Below are positions 1 to 7,958 of a stretch of 32,000 nucleotides of DNA, piece after piece (position 1 is the stretch's first letter; the number at the start of each line of letters is the position of its first letter). Source of the stretch: Desulfocapsa sulfexigens DSM 10523. Its GTDB lineage: Bacteria; Desulfobacterota; Desulfobulbia; Desulfobulbales; Desulfocapsaceae. The notes under the pieces were generated by a model. It had not been told where the DNA came from. It made no database searches and saw only the letters and a list, made by a program, of their open reading frames with translations. A program made the translations under genes and the position numbers. The DNA is taken from NCBI RefSeq assembly GCF_000341395.1, contig NC_020304.1, forward strand, positions 3,420,001-3,452,000, in the 5' to 3' direction.

Positions 1-845
1 TGGCAAGATATGCCCGTGCCGATATCAATGTTATAGCACTCATTGGGGAAAGGGGCAGAGAGGTACGTGAATTTATCGAAAGAGACCTTGGTAAAGAAGG
101 TTTAGCGCGTTCCGTCATAGTTGTAGTAACTTCAGACCAGTCTCCCTTGCTTCGAATGCGAGGGGCCTTTGTAGCCACCTCCATCGCAGAATATTTCTGC
201 AACAAAGGAAAAAACGTCCTTCTGATGATGGATTCGGTAACCCGTTTTGCCATGGCAATGCGTGAAATCGGCCTCGCTGTTGGAGAACCGCCTACCACCA
301 AAGGCTACACCCCCTCAGTATTTGCGACCCTTCCAAAGCTTCTTGAACGAGCAGGACGCTTTACCGGAAAAGGATCGATCACCGGTCTCTATACAGTTCT
401 TGTTGATGGTGACGATATGACCGAACCTGTAGCCGATTCAGTACGCTCTATTCTCGATGGCCACATCGTTCTTTCACGATCCCTTGCTGCCAAAAATCAT
501 TACCCGGCCATTGATATCATGAACTCGGCCAGTAGAATCATGCGTGAAATCACCCATTCCCGTCATATAGAACTTGCTGGACGTGCCAGAAATGTACTGG
601 CTACCTACAATGAAGCAGAAGACCTTATCAACATAGGTGCCTACGCCAAAGGTTCCAACCCGAAAATCGATTTTGCTGTAAGTAAGATAAACGCAATCAA
701 TACCTTTCTCCGTCAGGGCTACGACGAGACAACCCCCCTAAAAGAGACCATTGAATCCTTGGGTCTGCTCCTGAGCGAGAGGAAAGGTGACACAGACGAA
801 CGCCTGGACAGAAGAGAAAGTGATAAACAGAACACTTCACGATAA
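1..845 (+). CDS. fliI: Flagellum-specific type III export ATPase FliI, C-terminal ~280 aa (5' end lies outside the window; frame starts at nt 3)
   Basis: The frame is open from the window edge ([26 protein letters not shown]...). [36 protein letters not shown] and [20 protein letters not shown] are typical of FliI/F1-type ATPases. fliJ follows immediately. Confidence 0.95.
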   Translation, partial: ARYARADINVIALIGERGREVREFIERDLGKEGLARSVIVVVTSDQSPLLRMRGAFVATSIAEYFCNKGKNVLLMMDSVTRFAMAMREIGLAVGEPPTTKGYTPSVFATLPKLLERAGRFTGKGSITGLYTVLVDGDDMTEPVADSVRSILDGHIVLSRSLAAKNHYPAIDIMNSASRIMREITHSRHIELAGRARNVLATYNEAEDLINIGAYAKGSNPKIDFAVSKINAINTFLRQGYDETTPLKETIESLGLLLSERKGDTDERLDRRESDKQNTSR

Positions 846-863
846 ACACCTAATCAAGTAGCC

Positions 864-1310
864 ATGCCTCCTAAACCTTTTACTCTTGACTCTGTTTTAA
901 AATATAGAAAACGACAGGAGAGCATGGCACAGGAAAAATTTATCCAGGCAAAAGCTGATGCAGAAATGGCATTTCAGGCACTTGAAGAGGCAAAGAATGT
1001 ACTCGGCAACCTGATAAACACCCTCGAAGAAAAACAAATAAGTGGTATCCTGGCCATGGAGCTTGCCAGATTTGAAGAACGCATACAGTATGCTCGAGAT
1101 CAGATAGACGTGCTCAAAGTCAGCTATCAAAAAAAAAAGAAAATCGTAAAAGACAAAAGACTTTTATTGCTTGAGAAATCCCGAAATTACAAAGTGCTGG
1201 ACACGTTAAAAGAACAACAAAACAGAACATGGAAAAACTATCTAGACAAGAAAGAGGCAGCCATGCTCGATGAAATTGCTATCCTTCGCCATGATCGAAA
1301 AACAAGCTAA
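864..1310 (+). CDS. fliJ: Flagellar export apparatus stalk/chaperone protein FliJ
   Basis: 148-aa all-helical, charged coiled-coil protein directly downstream of fliI, which is the canonical position and size. The sequence itself is weakly diagnostic. Confidence 0.8.
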   Translation: MPPKPFTLDSVLKYRKRQESMAQEKFIQAKADAEMAFQALEEAKNVLGNLINTLEEKQISGILAMELARFEERIQYARDQIDVLKVSYQKKKKIVKDKRLLLLEKSRNYKVLDTLKEQQNRTWKNYLDKKEAAMLDEIAILRHDRKTS

Positions 1311-1356
1311 ATCTTTTTTACCTCCACATCCTCCCTTTCTTCTACAAAGGATAACA

Positions 1357-1941
1357 ATGTTCACAAAAACTAACACATACCTCCTTGTCAGCCTTCTTCT
1401 CTCCCTCTCCGCTTCCTCATCCGTTTGCCTTGCAGCAGATCCAGAGCCTCCCCCTGCAGTAACTACCAAAGACGTCGATAAAGCAATGCCGGTAACAGAG
1501 AAAATAAAGACAGACTTTCAATCGGTTGAAGAAAGAAGGTTATATGCCATACTTCAAAATGAACGGGATAATCTCGAAGAAGAGAAAAAAGTTCTGGTAT
1601 TTAAGGAGAAGGAACTAAAGACTCTTCAAATAGAGGCCGATAAGAAGCTTAAGCTCCTTGATGAAAAGCTTGCCGAACTCAGAGCACTACAAGGCAAGAT
1701 AGAAGAATTACTAAAAGAAAAAGACATCCAGGAACAACAGAAAACCAAGGATCTCAGTCTGATATACGCAAAAATGACCCCTGATCGTGCTGCACTTGCC
1801 ATGGCCACACTAGATGAACAGCTTGCAGCAGACCTCCTTGCTAACATGAAGGTTAAATCAGCGGCAAAAATACTTGATCGAATGGATAAGGCAAAAGCCT
1901 CACAACTCAGTGAAACGTTTACGACCATTAAGGTGGAGTGA
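1357..1941 (+). CDS. MotE/YlxF-like flagellar protein (signal peptide, coiled coil, MgtE_N-like helical C-terminus)
   Basis: I chose the internal ATG at 1357 (MFTKTNTYLLVSLLLSLSASSSVCLAADP looks like a signal peptide) rather than the ORF-track start at 1270, which overlaps fliJ. The C-terminus (IYAKMTPDRAALAMATLDEQLAADLLANMKVKSAAKILDRMD) resembles the COG3334/MotE-YlxF family. The position between fliJ and fliK matches ylxF in Bacillus-type clusters. Confidence 0.7.
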   Translation: MFTKTNTYLLVSLLLSLSASSSVCLAADPEPPPAVTTKDVDKAMPVTEKIKTDFQSVEERRLYAILQNERDNLEEEKKVLVFKEKELKTLQIEADKKLKLLDEKLAELRALQGKIEELLKEKDIQEQQKTKDLSLIYAKMTPDRAALAMATLDEQLAADLLANMKVKSAAKILDRMDKAKASQLSETFTTIKVE

Positions 1942-1947
1942 AAAAGA

Positions 1948-3366
1948 ATGGAAACAGCCCTTCTTACCCCTAGTACTGCAACGCCAAACCCTGCCTCGCG
2001 GCAAAGTGCTTCTATAACTGACAGCAAAGGCAGTAGTGATTTTACACCTGCCATGGACGAAGCAGTCTCTTCTCTCGAAAAAGGTACTAGGAATACGTCG
2101 GATTCTCCAATGGATGATTCAAATATTCCCACTGATGAAACCAGCACTTCAAGCACTCCAGAAGACACTGCCATGGCATTTTCAGAGGAGATCCTTTCCG
2201 GTGATACTGCAATAGTTTCTTCTGAAAGTTTTTTGTCAGCTCAAGGTATCATGAATAACAGGTCACAATCAATTGTAGCTGGACAGGTGCAGCAATCCTT
2301 TACAACTGAGGCTCTCGCAACCTGGATCGCTGCACAGGAATCAACCTCCCCGATCATTCAAGCTGGAATTGAAAACAATCCGGCAGCAGCAACCAAGGCA
2401 GAAACATTGTTATTACAGCAGATCCAGAACATTCTGGATCAGGGGAAGAATAATGGTTCAATAACGGTTACAGGAAGCAATGTAGCTGAGCCTCAAAAGA
2501 GTGCTGAAAACTTACAGAACTTATCAAGCGCCCTGCTTGCCGAGAACGAGAATAGTGATATCCAGGCCAGACAGATTGGAGTGATAGCTGTACCTGTGAA
2601 AGAAACAGTTCACGCCACCCAAAATTCAACTAAGCTCGAAGGTGCCCATCAGGACGTAAATGAACAATTTTATAATGCAAAACTTGGTGAATCAAAAACG
2701 AACAATGGAAATGACTTCCAACAACGCAATAACGAACAAAAAGGATCTGAGCAGCAGACAAAACCTGAAGTGCAGAACACTGTCAGTCAGACAACTGGAA
2801 ATACCACCCCGGAGGGAAAACCATTAGAGTCGACTTTTGGACAGCAGCTCAGCTCCAGCTCGACAACCACTACCACACCGACCAGTATAGAGGGTAAGTT
2901 AGCGCCAGGATCACATCATCCTGTCCCTGAGAGAGAGATGGTTAACAATCTTATCCAACGTTTCAATGTAAACCCGAGATTGCAGACCAGCAAACTAACG
3001 ATGCAGCTTCATCCTGCAGAACTCGGGGCACTAAAGATTGATATTCTGGTAAAGGGTGACTCAATAAGGGCAAATATTGTAGCACAAAGCCAACAGGTAC
3101 TTGAGACTCTTGACAAACAGATGCCGCGCCTTCGTGCAGTTCTTCAGGAACAGGGATTCACAGTAGATTCCTTTATAATATCTCTGGAAAGTGATGGTGG
3201 TAACCAGAAAGGACTATTCCAGGAACATTTCAGTTCGCAACAGCAGGAATTCACATCCAATAGATCACCTGCTGCCAGCAACGAATCATTTGATATATTG
3301 CTCGACTCTCAAAAAGATCTTGATGAGGCAGATGAAGATTCGTCCGGGGTAAATCTCACAGTTTAA
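1948..3366 (+). CDS. fliK: Flagellar hook-length control protein FliK
   Basis: Long S/T/Q/N-rich low-complexity N-terminal part. The C-terminal Flg_hook-like domain (LTMQLHPAELGALKIDILVKGDSIRANIVAQSQQVLETLDKQMPRLRAVLQEQGF) and the position before flgD-flgE support the call. Confidence 0.85.
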   Translation: METALLTPSTATPNPASRQSASITDSKGSSDFTPAMDEAVSSLEKGTRNTSDSPMDDSNIPTDETSTSSTPEDTAMAFSEEILSGDTAIVSSESFLSAQGIMNNRSQSIVAGQVQQSFTTEALATWIAAQESTSPIIQAGIENNPAAATKAETLLLQQIQNILDQGKNNGSITVTGSNVAEPQKSAENLQNLSSALLAENENSDIQARQIGVIAVPVKETVHATQNSTKLEGAHQDVNEQFYNAKLGESKTNNGNDFQQRNNEQKGSEQQTKPEVQNTVSQTTGNTTPEGKPLESTFGQQLSSSSTTTTTPTSIEGKLAPGSHHPVPEREMVNNLIQRFNVNPRLQTSKLTMQLHPAELGALKIDILVKGDSIRANIVAQSQQVLETLDKQMPRLRAVLQEQGFTVDSFIISLESDGGNQKGLFQEHFSSQQQEFTSNRSPAASNESFDILLDSQKDLDEADEDSSGVNLTV

Positions 3367-3402
3367 CCCCTCCGATACCTCCTTCATATATAGGAAAAAA
3401 CA

Positions 3403-4278
3403 ATGACGAATGTAGCCGAAATTTTTGCACCTCCCACTTCCACAAATCTCACACCTGTGTATAAAAATACCAGCAGTGAAGATATTATGGGAAAGGAAGA
3501 TTTTCTCACTCTTCTGGTTGCACAGCTACAGAATCAGGATCCATTGAATCCTGATGATGCAACTGAATTCACATCACAACTAGCTGAATTCAGTTCGCTT
3601 GAACAACTTCAGAACCTCAACAAATCGATGGATACATTAGCAAACACGCAACAACAATCTGATCGATTCGCTACAATGGATCTTATCGGCAAGGAAGTTG
3701 TCTATGCCAGTTCTGGATTTGATTTTAGTGGAGAGCCTGTCAACCTGGGGTACCAGCTTGACGGTACCGCAGCTTCGGTCACAATGCATATCAGGGATGA
3801 GAACGGCAACACGGTAGCAACCCTGAATCCATCTGAAATGAGGGAGGGAAATCACTTTCTTGAATGGGATGGTCTTGATAAAGACGGCAACATCATTCCC
3901 GATGGGAAATATAAACTTGTCCTTGAGGCCAGTTCGGCCGGAGAGGGCTCTACCATAGCGGCTTCCCCACTGGTTCAGTCAGAAGTTACAGGTGTTGATT
4001 TCTCCAGCGAAACAGGAGAAGCTGTCATCCGCACTTTGGCAGGTGCTGAGATCAGCAGCAGTGCAATTATTGCTGTCTATCAAGCCGATAAATCATATAC
4101 CAAAGAGATAGCAACCGATGATGAAGATACCATCGTAGATGAAATAGTAGATGATATTGTAGATGATATAACCGCCGATGTTACAGGGACGTCAACATCA
4201 CCAACCACCGAAGAGTCTGCTTCCACGGACGAAGAACAGATTGCCCAGGATACACTCCAGCATTATTTGGCTGGATAA
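3403..4278 (+). CDS. flgD: Flagellar hook capping/assembly protein FlgD, with an acidic C-terminal extension
   Basis: KEDFLTLLVAQLQNQDPLNPDD is the FlgD signature. A FlgD Ig-like middle domain is present (GNHFLEWDGLDKDGNIIPDGKYKL). Confidence 0.93.
   Translation: MTNVAEIFAPPTSTNLTPVYKNTSSEDIMGKEDFLTLLVAQLQNQDPLNPDDATEFTSQLAEFSSLEQLQNLNKSMDTLANTQQQSDRFATMDLIGKEVVYASSGFDFSGEPVNLGYQLDGTAASVTMHIRDENGNTVATLNPSEMREGNHFLEWDGLDKDGNIIPDGKYKLVLEASSAGEGSTIAASPLVQSEVTGVDFSSETGEAVIRTLAGAEISSSAIIAVYQADKSYTKEIATDDEDTIVDEIVDDIVDDITADVTGTSTSPTTEESASTDEEQIAQDTLQHYLAG
4132..4179 (+). repeat. 12-nt in-frame tandem repeat (3 good copies plus 1 degenerate) inside the flgD 3' region, encoding IVDE-IVDD-IVDD-ITAD
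   Basis: Read directly: atcgtagatgaa / atagtagatgat / attgtagatgat / ataaccgccgat. Confidence 0.8.
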
Positions 4279-4319
4279 ATTTATTTTTAAAACCCATACC
4301 ATACAAGGGGGAGTCACCC

Positions 4320-5567
4320 ATGGGTATCACCAGTGCTCTGTACAGTGGCGTAAGTGGCCTTAATACCAATTCACAGGCAATGAGTGTCATTGGTAACAAT
4401 CTTGCCAACACAAACACTCTTGGATTCAAAGGAGCCCGGTCTGTTTTTTCAGATCTGCTTTCCAGTAACATTTCAGGATCCGGAGGATCTTCTCAAGTAG
4501 GTCGTGGTGTCAATATCTCCAAGGTTGACAACATTTTCAGCCAGGGTACCTTCGAAGCAACCGCAACAAACACCGATGTGGCCATCGAAGGTGAAGGTTT
4601 TTTCATGCTCAAAGAGCCAGGTGACAACACAACCTATTACTCACGAGCTGGTGCTTTTCGTTTTGACCAAGACGGCTACCTGGTTAACCCTGAAGGGTTT
4701 GTTGTTCAGGGTAAAGCATTTGATGACAACGGTAATCTCATAGCTGGTGACCCAACGGATATCCAGGTTGCCAATGTCGGGCTGGTCCCAGCCAAAGTCA
4801 CAGACACCATGACCATGTCCACTAATCTTGATGCAAGTGAGGTTACCCCTGCAGCTGCATTTGACCCTGATATCCCAGATACCTTTAATTATTCTGCATC
4901 GACCACAACCTATGACAGTCTGGGTACTTCCCATCTGGTTACAGTCTACTTCGTGAAAGATGCTGTTCCAAATTCATGGAGCTGGCACTGGAGTGCTGAA
5001 GATGCCCTCGGTGCCCCACTTGGTGGAGCCGGTACGGCACCAATTACCTTTGATGCGGACGGCCTTTTGACCGGTGGTGGTACTGATCAAATTCCAGCAA
5101 TCAACTGGCAAAATGGCTCAAATGCGACAATACCCATAGACCTCACTTTTGATACAACTCAATTTAACAGTGAATCAACGGTTATTGCGCAGGACCAGAA
5201 CGGCTATGGAGCAGGTAATCTGACTAATGTTGGTATCAACGAGGAAGGAATTGTTATTGCTTCGTACTCAAACGGTGAACAGGTAAAAATTTCTCAACTA
5301 GTGCTGGCAAAATTTTCTAACCCAGGTGGACTTGAGATGAAGGGGTCGAACATGTATGTCGGGACCGATGCATCTGGCCCGGCAAGATCCGGAATTCCAG
5401 GACCAGAACTAGGAAGTATTTTTACTAACTCCCTTGAACAGTCTAATGTTGATATGGGCCAGGAATTCGTCAAAATGATTACCACTCAAAGAGGTTTTCA
5501 GGCCAACTCAAAAATCATCACAACTGTTGATGAATTATTAGGCGAATTAATTAACCTTAAACGCTAA
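4320..5567 (+). CDS. flgE: Flagellar hook protein FlgE
   Basis: N-terminus GITSALYSGVSGLNTNSQAMSVIGNNLANTNTLGFK and C-terminus LEQSNVDMGQEFVKMITTQRGFQANSKIITTVDELLGELINLKR are canonical rod/hook axial-protein termini. Size and position fit the hook protein. Confidence 0.95.
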   Translation: MGITSALYSGVSGLNTNSQAMSVIGNNLANTNTLGFKGARSVFSDLLSSNISGSGGSSQVGRGVNISKVDNIFSQGTFEATATNTDVAIEGEGFFMLKEPGDNTTYYSRAGAFRFDQDGYLVNPEGFVVQGKAFDDNGNLIAGDPTDIQVANVGLVPAKVTDTMTMSTNLDASEVTPAAAFDPDIPDTFNYSASTTTYDSLGTSHLVTVYFVKDAVPNSWSWHWSAEDALGAPLGGAGTAPITFDADGLLTGGGTDQIPAINWQNGSNATIPIDLTFDTTQFNSESTVIAQDQNGYGAGNLTNVGINEEGIVIASYSNGEQVKISQLVLAKFSNPGGLEMKGSNMYVGTDASGPARSGIPGPELGSIFTNSLEQSNVDMGQEFVKMITTQRGFQANSKIITTVDELLGELINLKR

Positions 5568-5587
5568 CCTTCACAAAATCACTCAAG

Positions 5588-5625
5588 AGAGGGCCCTTTA
5601 AAGTTTTATAAAGTGCCCTCTTTTT
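5588..5625 (+). terminator. Rho-independent terminator after flgE
   Basis: Stem AGAGGGCCCTTTA (5588-5600) pairs with TAAAGTGCCCTCT (5609-5621) with one mismatch. The loop is 8 nt and a TTTTT tract follows at 5621-5625. Confidence 0.65.
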
Positions 5626-5744
5626 CTCCTCCTCACAGTCATTATTTTGACCCCTGCCCAAACAGTAATTTCCCTCAACATCACAACAGAACAAAACAAC
5701 GACAAATCAGCTACAAAACCAGACCAACACTAATCCTCCTCAGT

Positions 5745-5761
5745 TGGGAATATAATTTGCA
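5745..5761 (+). promoter_or_regulatory. Putative sigma54 (-24/-12) promoter upstream of motA
   Basis: tgGGaatataatTTGCa: GG at 5747-5748 and GC at 5759-5760 with the exact 10-nt spacing. TTGCA matches the -12 consensus, but the -24 half is weak (GGGAA versus TGGCAC). It lies ~77 nt upstream of the motA TTG start. Confidence 0.45.
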
Positions 5762-5837
5762 TTGTTTTTTAAAACGCTAGAATATAAGATTAATAATACT
5801 TTTCTAGACACTATTTTCTGTAGCGGGGGATTTTTCT

Positions 5838-6602
5838 TTGGATATTGCAACAATTGTCGGCCTGGTAGTGGCGATAGGCCTTATGCTCATGGCCATCATT
5901 CAGGGTGGACCTTTAGGAATTTTCATTAACATCCCCTCCGCCCTGATTGTTGGAGGGGGTACCATTGGCGTCGGACTTGTTCATTACCCACTAAGCGATA
6001 TAATGGGTGCTGCGGCAATCGCCAAAAAAACGCTCTTCAATAAAGATGAATCTCCTCATGCCCTGATAATCCAACTTATGGAATTTGCCAATAAAGCAAG
6101 AAAGGAAGGCATACTCTCACTTCAGGGAATGATGGATAGCGTAGAAGACGAATTTCTTGTCAAGGCCATGCAGATGGCTGTTGACGGTCAGGAACCTGAA
6201 ACACTCCGATCCATGCTCAACACTGAAGTCGAGTACCTGCAGGAACGTCATGAAAAAGGACAGGCTATTTTTGTTTCACTTGCAGGATATGCACCTGCCA
6301 TGGGGATGGTAGGAACGCTTATTGGTCTTGTCCAGATGCTCATGAACATGAGTGACCCCGACTCCATTGGTCCCGCCATGGCTGTAGCATTGCTCACCAC
6401 ATTATACGGTGCAGTGCTTGCCAATGTGTTTTTTGCTCCAATTGCTGGAAAGCTCGCCAACAGGTCAGCATCGGAAACACTTATAAAAAACCTCGTTATT
6501 GAAGGGATGCAATCTATTTTATCTGGTGAAAATCCACGAATTATGGAACAAAAACTACATGCCTTTATTGCCCCTAAACTTAGAGAATCAACCTTCAAGT
6601 AA
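5838..6602 (+). CDS. motA: Flagellar stator protein MotA/PomA family (PomA-like)
   Basis: TTG start preceded by GGGGGA. MDIATIVGLV... and APAMGMVGTLIGLVQMLMNMSDPDSIGPAMAVALLTTLYGAVLANVFFAPIAGKL are nearly the same motifs as Vibrio PomA, recalled from memory. Confidence 0.93.
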   Translation: MDIATIVGLVVAIGLMLMAIIQGGPLGIFINIPSALIVGGGTIGVGLVHYPLSDIMGAAAIAKKTLFNKDESPHALIIQLMEFANKARKEGILSLQGMMDSVEDEFLVKAMQMAVDGQEPETLRSMLNTEVEYLQERHEKGQAIFVSLAGYAPAMGMVGTLIGLVQMLMNMSDPDSIGPAMAVALLTTLYGAVLANVFFAPIAGKLANRSASETLIKNLVIEGMQSILSGENPRIMEQKLHAFIAPKLRESTFK

Positions 6603-6617
6603 AAGGGTACCACAGCC

Positions 6618-7409
6618 ATGGCTGACAATGACCAAAATGAAAATACAGAAGAAGTAAAGTGTCCTAAATGCCCAAAATGCGTTGCCGGTTCACCTGCCTG
6701 GATGACAACCTTTGCAGATCTGGTTACCCTGCTGCTCACTTTTTTTGTACTTCTTCTTTCCATGGCCAATATGGAAGAAGTTAAATTTGCTGAAGCCTCC
6801 GCTTCTATCAGAAGTGCCTTCGGTGCTCATTCATTACCTGCACCGAGTAAATTTTCCATACCTGTTATTCCATCCCCCCCCATTTCAAAGTTTTCACCTA
6901 TTCAGAACGAAATGGCTTCAAAAATTTATAAACAGATACAATCTCAACTCAAATCTGACAAAATTCCCGACGATATTGAACTTATAAAACGTGGCAATGA
7001 CACTATCATCCTCCGTATTAGTGATTCCATTCTCTTCAAAAAAGGCACGGCAACGGTTTCCCCTACCGCGTATCCGACCCTGCGAAGCCTTGCTGACATT
7101 ATCAGGCCGCTACCCATGGGGTTGCGCATAGAGGGGCATACCGACAATACCCCCATTTCTGATCGCAAAATCAGTAACTGGAACCTCTCCGTTGAAAGAG
7201 CGGTTTCCGTTATGCGTTTTTTTAAAAAAAGTGATCTCATGCCACTTGACCGTATGGCAGCTATTGGCTACGGACCGGATCGCCCTCTGGTTCCAAATAC
7301 GACTGAAGAGAACAAGGCAAAAAACAGAAGAGTCGATTTTGTTCTCAGCACCAACTCCAAATCGGGTTTTGAAACGCAAAACCCTTCTCCAGGAGAATTC
7401 CCACTTTAA
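6618..7409 (+). CDS. motB: Flagellar stator protein MotB/PomB family (OmpA-like C-terminal domain)
   Basis: PAWMTTFADLVTLLLTFFVLLLSM is the TM segment with the conserved Asp (Asp34). The C-terminus has the OmpA-like peptidoglycan-binding motif (NWNLSVERAVSVMRFF...NRRVDFVL). Confidence 0.93.
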   Translation: MADNDQNENTEEVKCPKCPKCVAGSPAWMTTFADLVTLLLTFFVLLLSMANMEEVKFAEASASIRSAFGAHSLPAPSKFSIPVIPSPPISKFSPIQNEMASKIYKQIQSQLKSDKIPDDIELIKRGNDTIILRISDSILFKKGTATVSPTAYPTLRSLADIIRPLPMGLRIEGHTDNTPISDRKISNWNLSVERAVSVMRFFKKSDLMPLDRMAAIGYGPDRPLVPNTTEENKAKNRRVDFVLSTNSKSGFETQNPSPGEFPL

Positions 7410-7427
7410 CACACAAGGACATATATT

Positions 7428-7943
7428 ATGGCTGACAAAGATAAAAAGAAAAAAGACGAAGGAGAATCCAGTGACGGCGGTAAAAAGAAAAAACTGATAA
7501 TTATCATTGCCGCTGCAGTTGTTCTCCTTGCAATCATTGGAGGTGCCGCATTTTTCTTTTTAAAACCTGCTCCCGTTGCTGAAGAAGAACTTGACCCTGG
7601 GCTCAGTGTTCCTGTACCCGATATAACCCAAAGCAATGCGATTGGGCCCATGGTTGAAATCAAAGAGTTTATTGTCAACATTATAAGTGAAGAAGACAGG
7701 CATTATGTCAAGGCCTCTCTCACCATTGAACTCAACCGGGAAGAGGCACTTGAAGAAGCGAACAAGCGCATGCCTCAGATCCGAGATGCCATACTTTTGC
7801 TGGTTGGAAATAAAACTTTTGAAGAATTGCAGGATCTCCAGGGAAAAAAACAACTGAAAGCCGAAATCATCAGTAAAATCAATTCATTTCTACAAACCGG
7901 TAAAGTTAAGGCCATTTATTTCACTGATTTTGTGGTCCAATAA
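7428..7943 (+). CDS. fliL: Flagellar basal-body-associated protein FliL
   Basis: Lys-rich N-terminus, a single TM (LIIIIAAAVVLLAIIGGAAFFF), and a FliL-type body (IKEFIVNI...YVKASLTIELN...MPQIRDAILLLVGNKTFEEL). The position before fliM fits. Confidence 0.9.
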   Translation: MADKDKKKKDEGESSDGGKKKKLIIIIAAAVVLLAIIGGAAFFFLKPAPVAEEELDPGLSVPVPDITQSNAIGPMVEIKEFIVNIISEEDRHYVKASLTIELNREEALEEANKRMPQIRDAILLLVGNKTFEELQDLQGKKQLKAEIISKINSFLQTGKVKAIYFTDFVVQ

Positions 7944-7958
7944 GCTGAAGGAATTACA

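Noticed and set aside
1270-1356. Upstream extensions offered by the ORF track (1270 for the MotE-like gene, 10429 for fliQ, 20834 for flgH, 21474 for flgI, 27060 for csrA)
   Set aside because: Each extension overlaps the preceding gene and adds residues absent from the family N-termini. The internal ATGs give canonical signal peptides or N-termini and 1-15 nt spacing from the upstream stop.
1626-2174. 182-aa minus-strand ORF antisense to the MotE-like gene and the fliK 5' end
   Set aside because: It is entirely antisense to two well-supported plus-strand genes. Its S/A/L-rich composition is typical of a reverse-frame artefact, and there is no RBS or recognisable motif.
5627-5742. 9-nt direct repeat TCCTCCTCA at 5627 and 5734, considered as possible enhancer-binding sites
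   Set aside because: A single 9-mer recurrence in a 270-nt pyrimidine-rich region is not statistically compelling by rough estimate, and it has no dyad symmetry.
5777-5807. CTAGAA...TTCTAG inverted repeat in the motA leader
   Set aside because: The stem is only 6 bp with a 19-nt AT-rich loop. It is thermodynamically weak and expected by chance in AT-rich non-coding DNA.
6248-6769. 173-aa minus-strand ORF spanning the motA 3' end and motB 5' end
   Set aside because: It is antisense to strongly conserved stator genes and crosses their intergenic junction. I recognise no motif, so it is most likely a shadow ORF.
7217-7230. T7A7 tract inside motB, considered as a slippage site or terminator-like element
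   Set aside because: The runs are shorter than those usually associated with phase variation. The tract simply encodes FFKK within a conserved OmpA-like domain.
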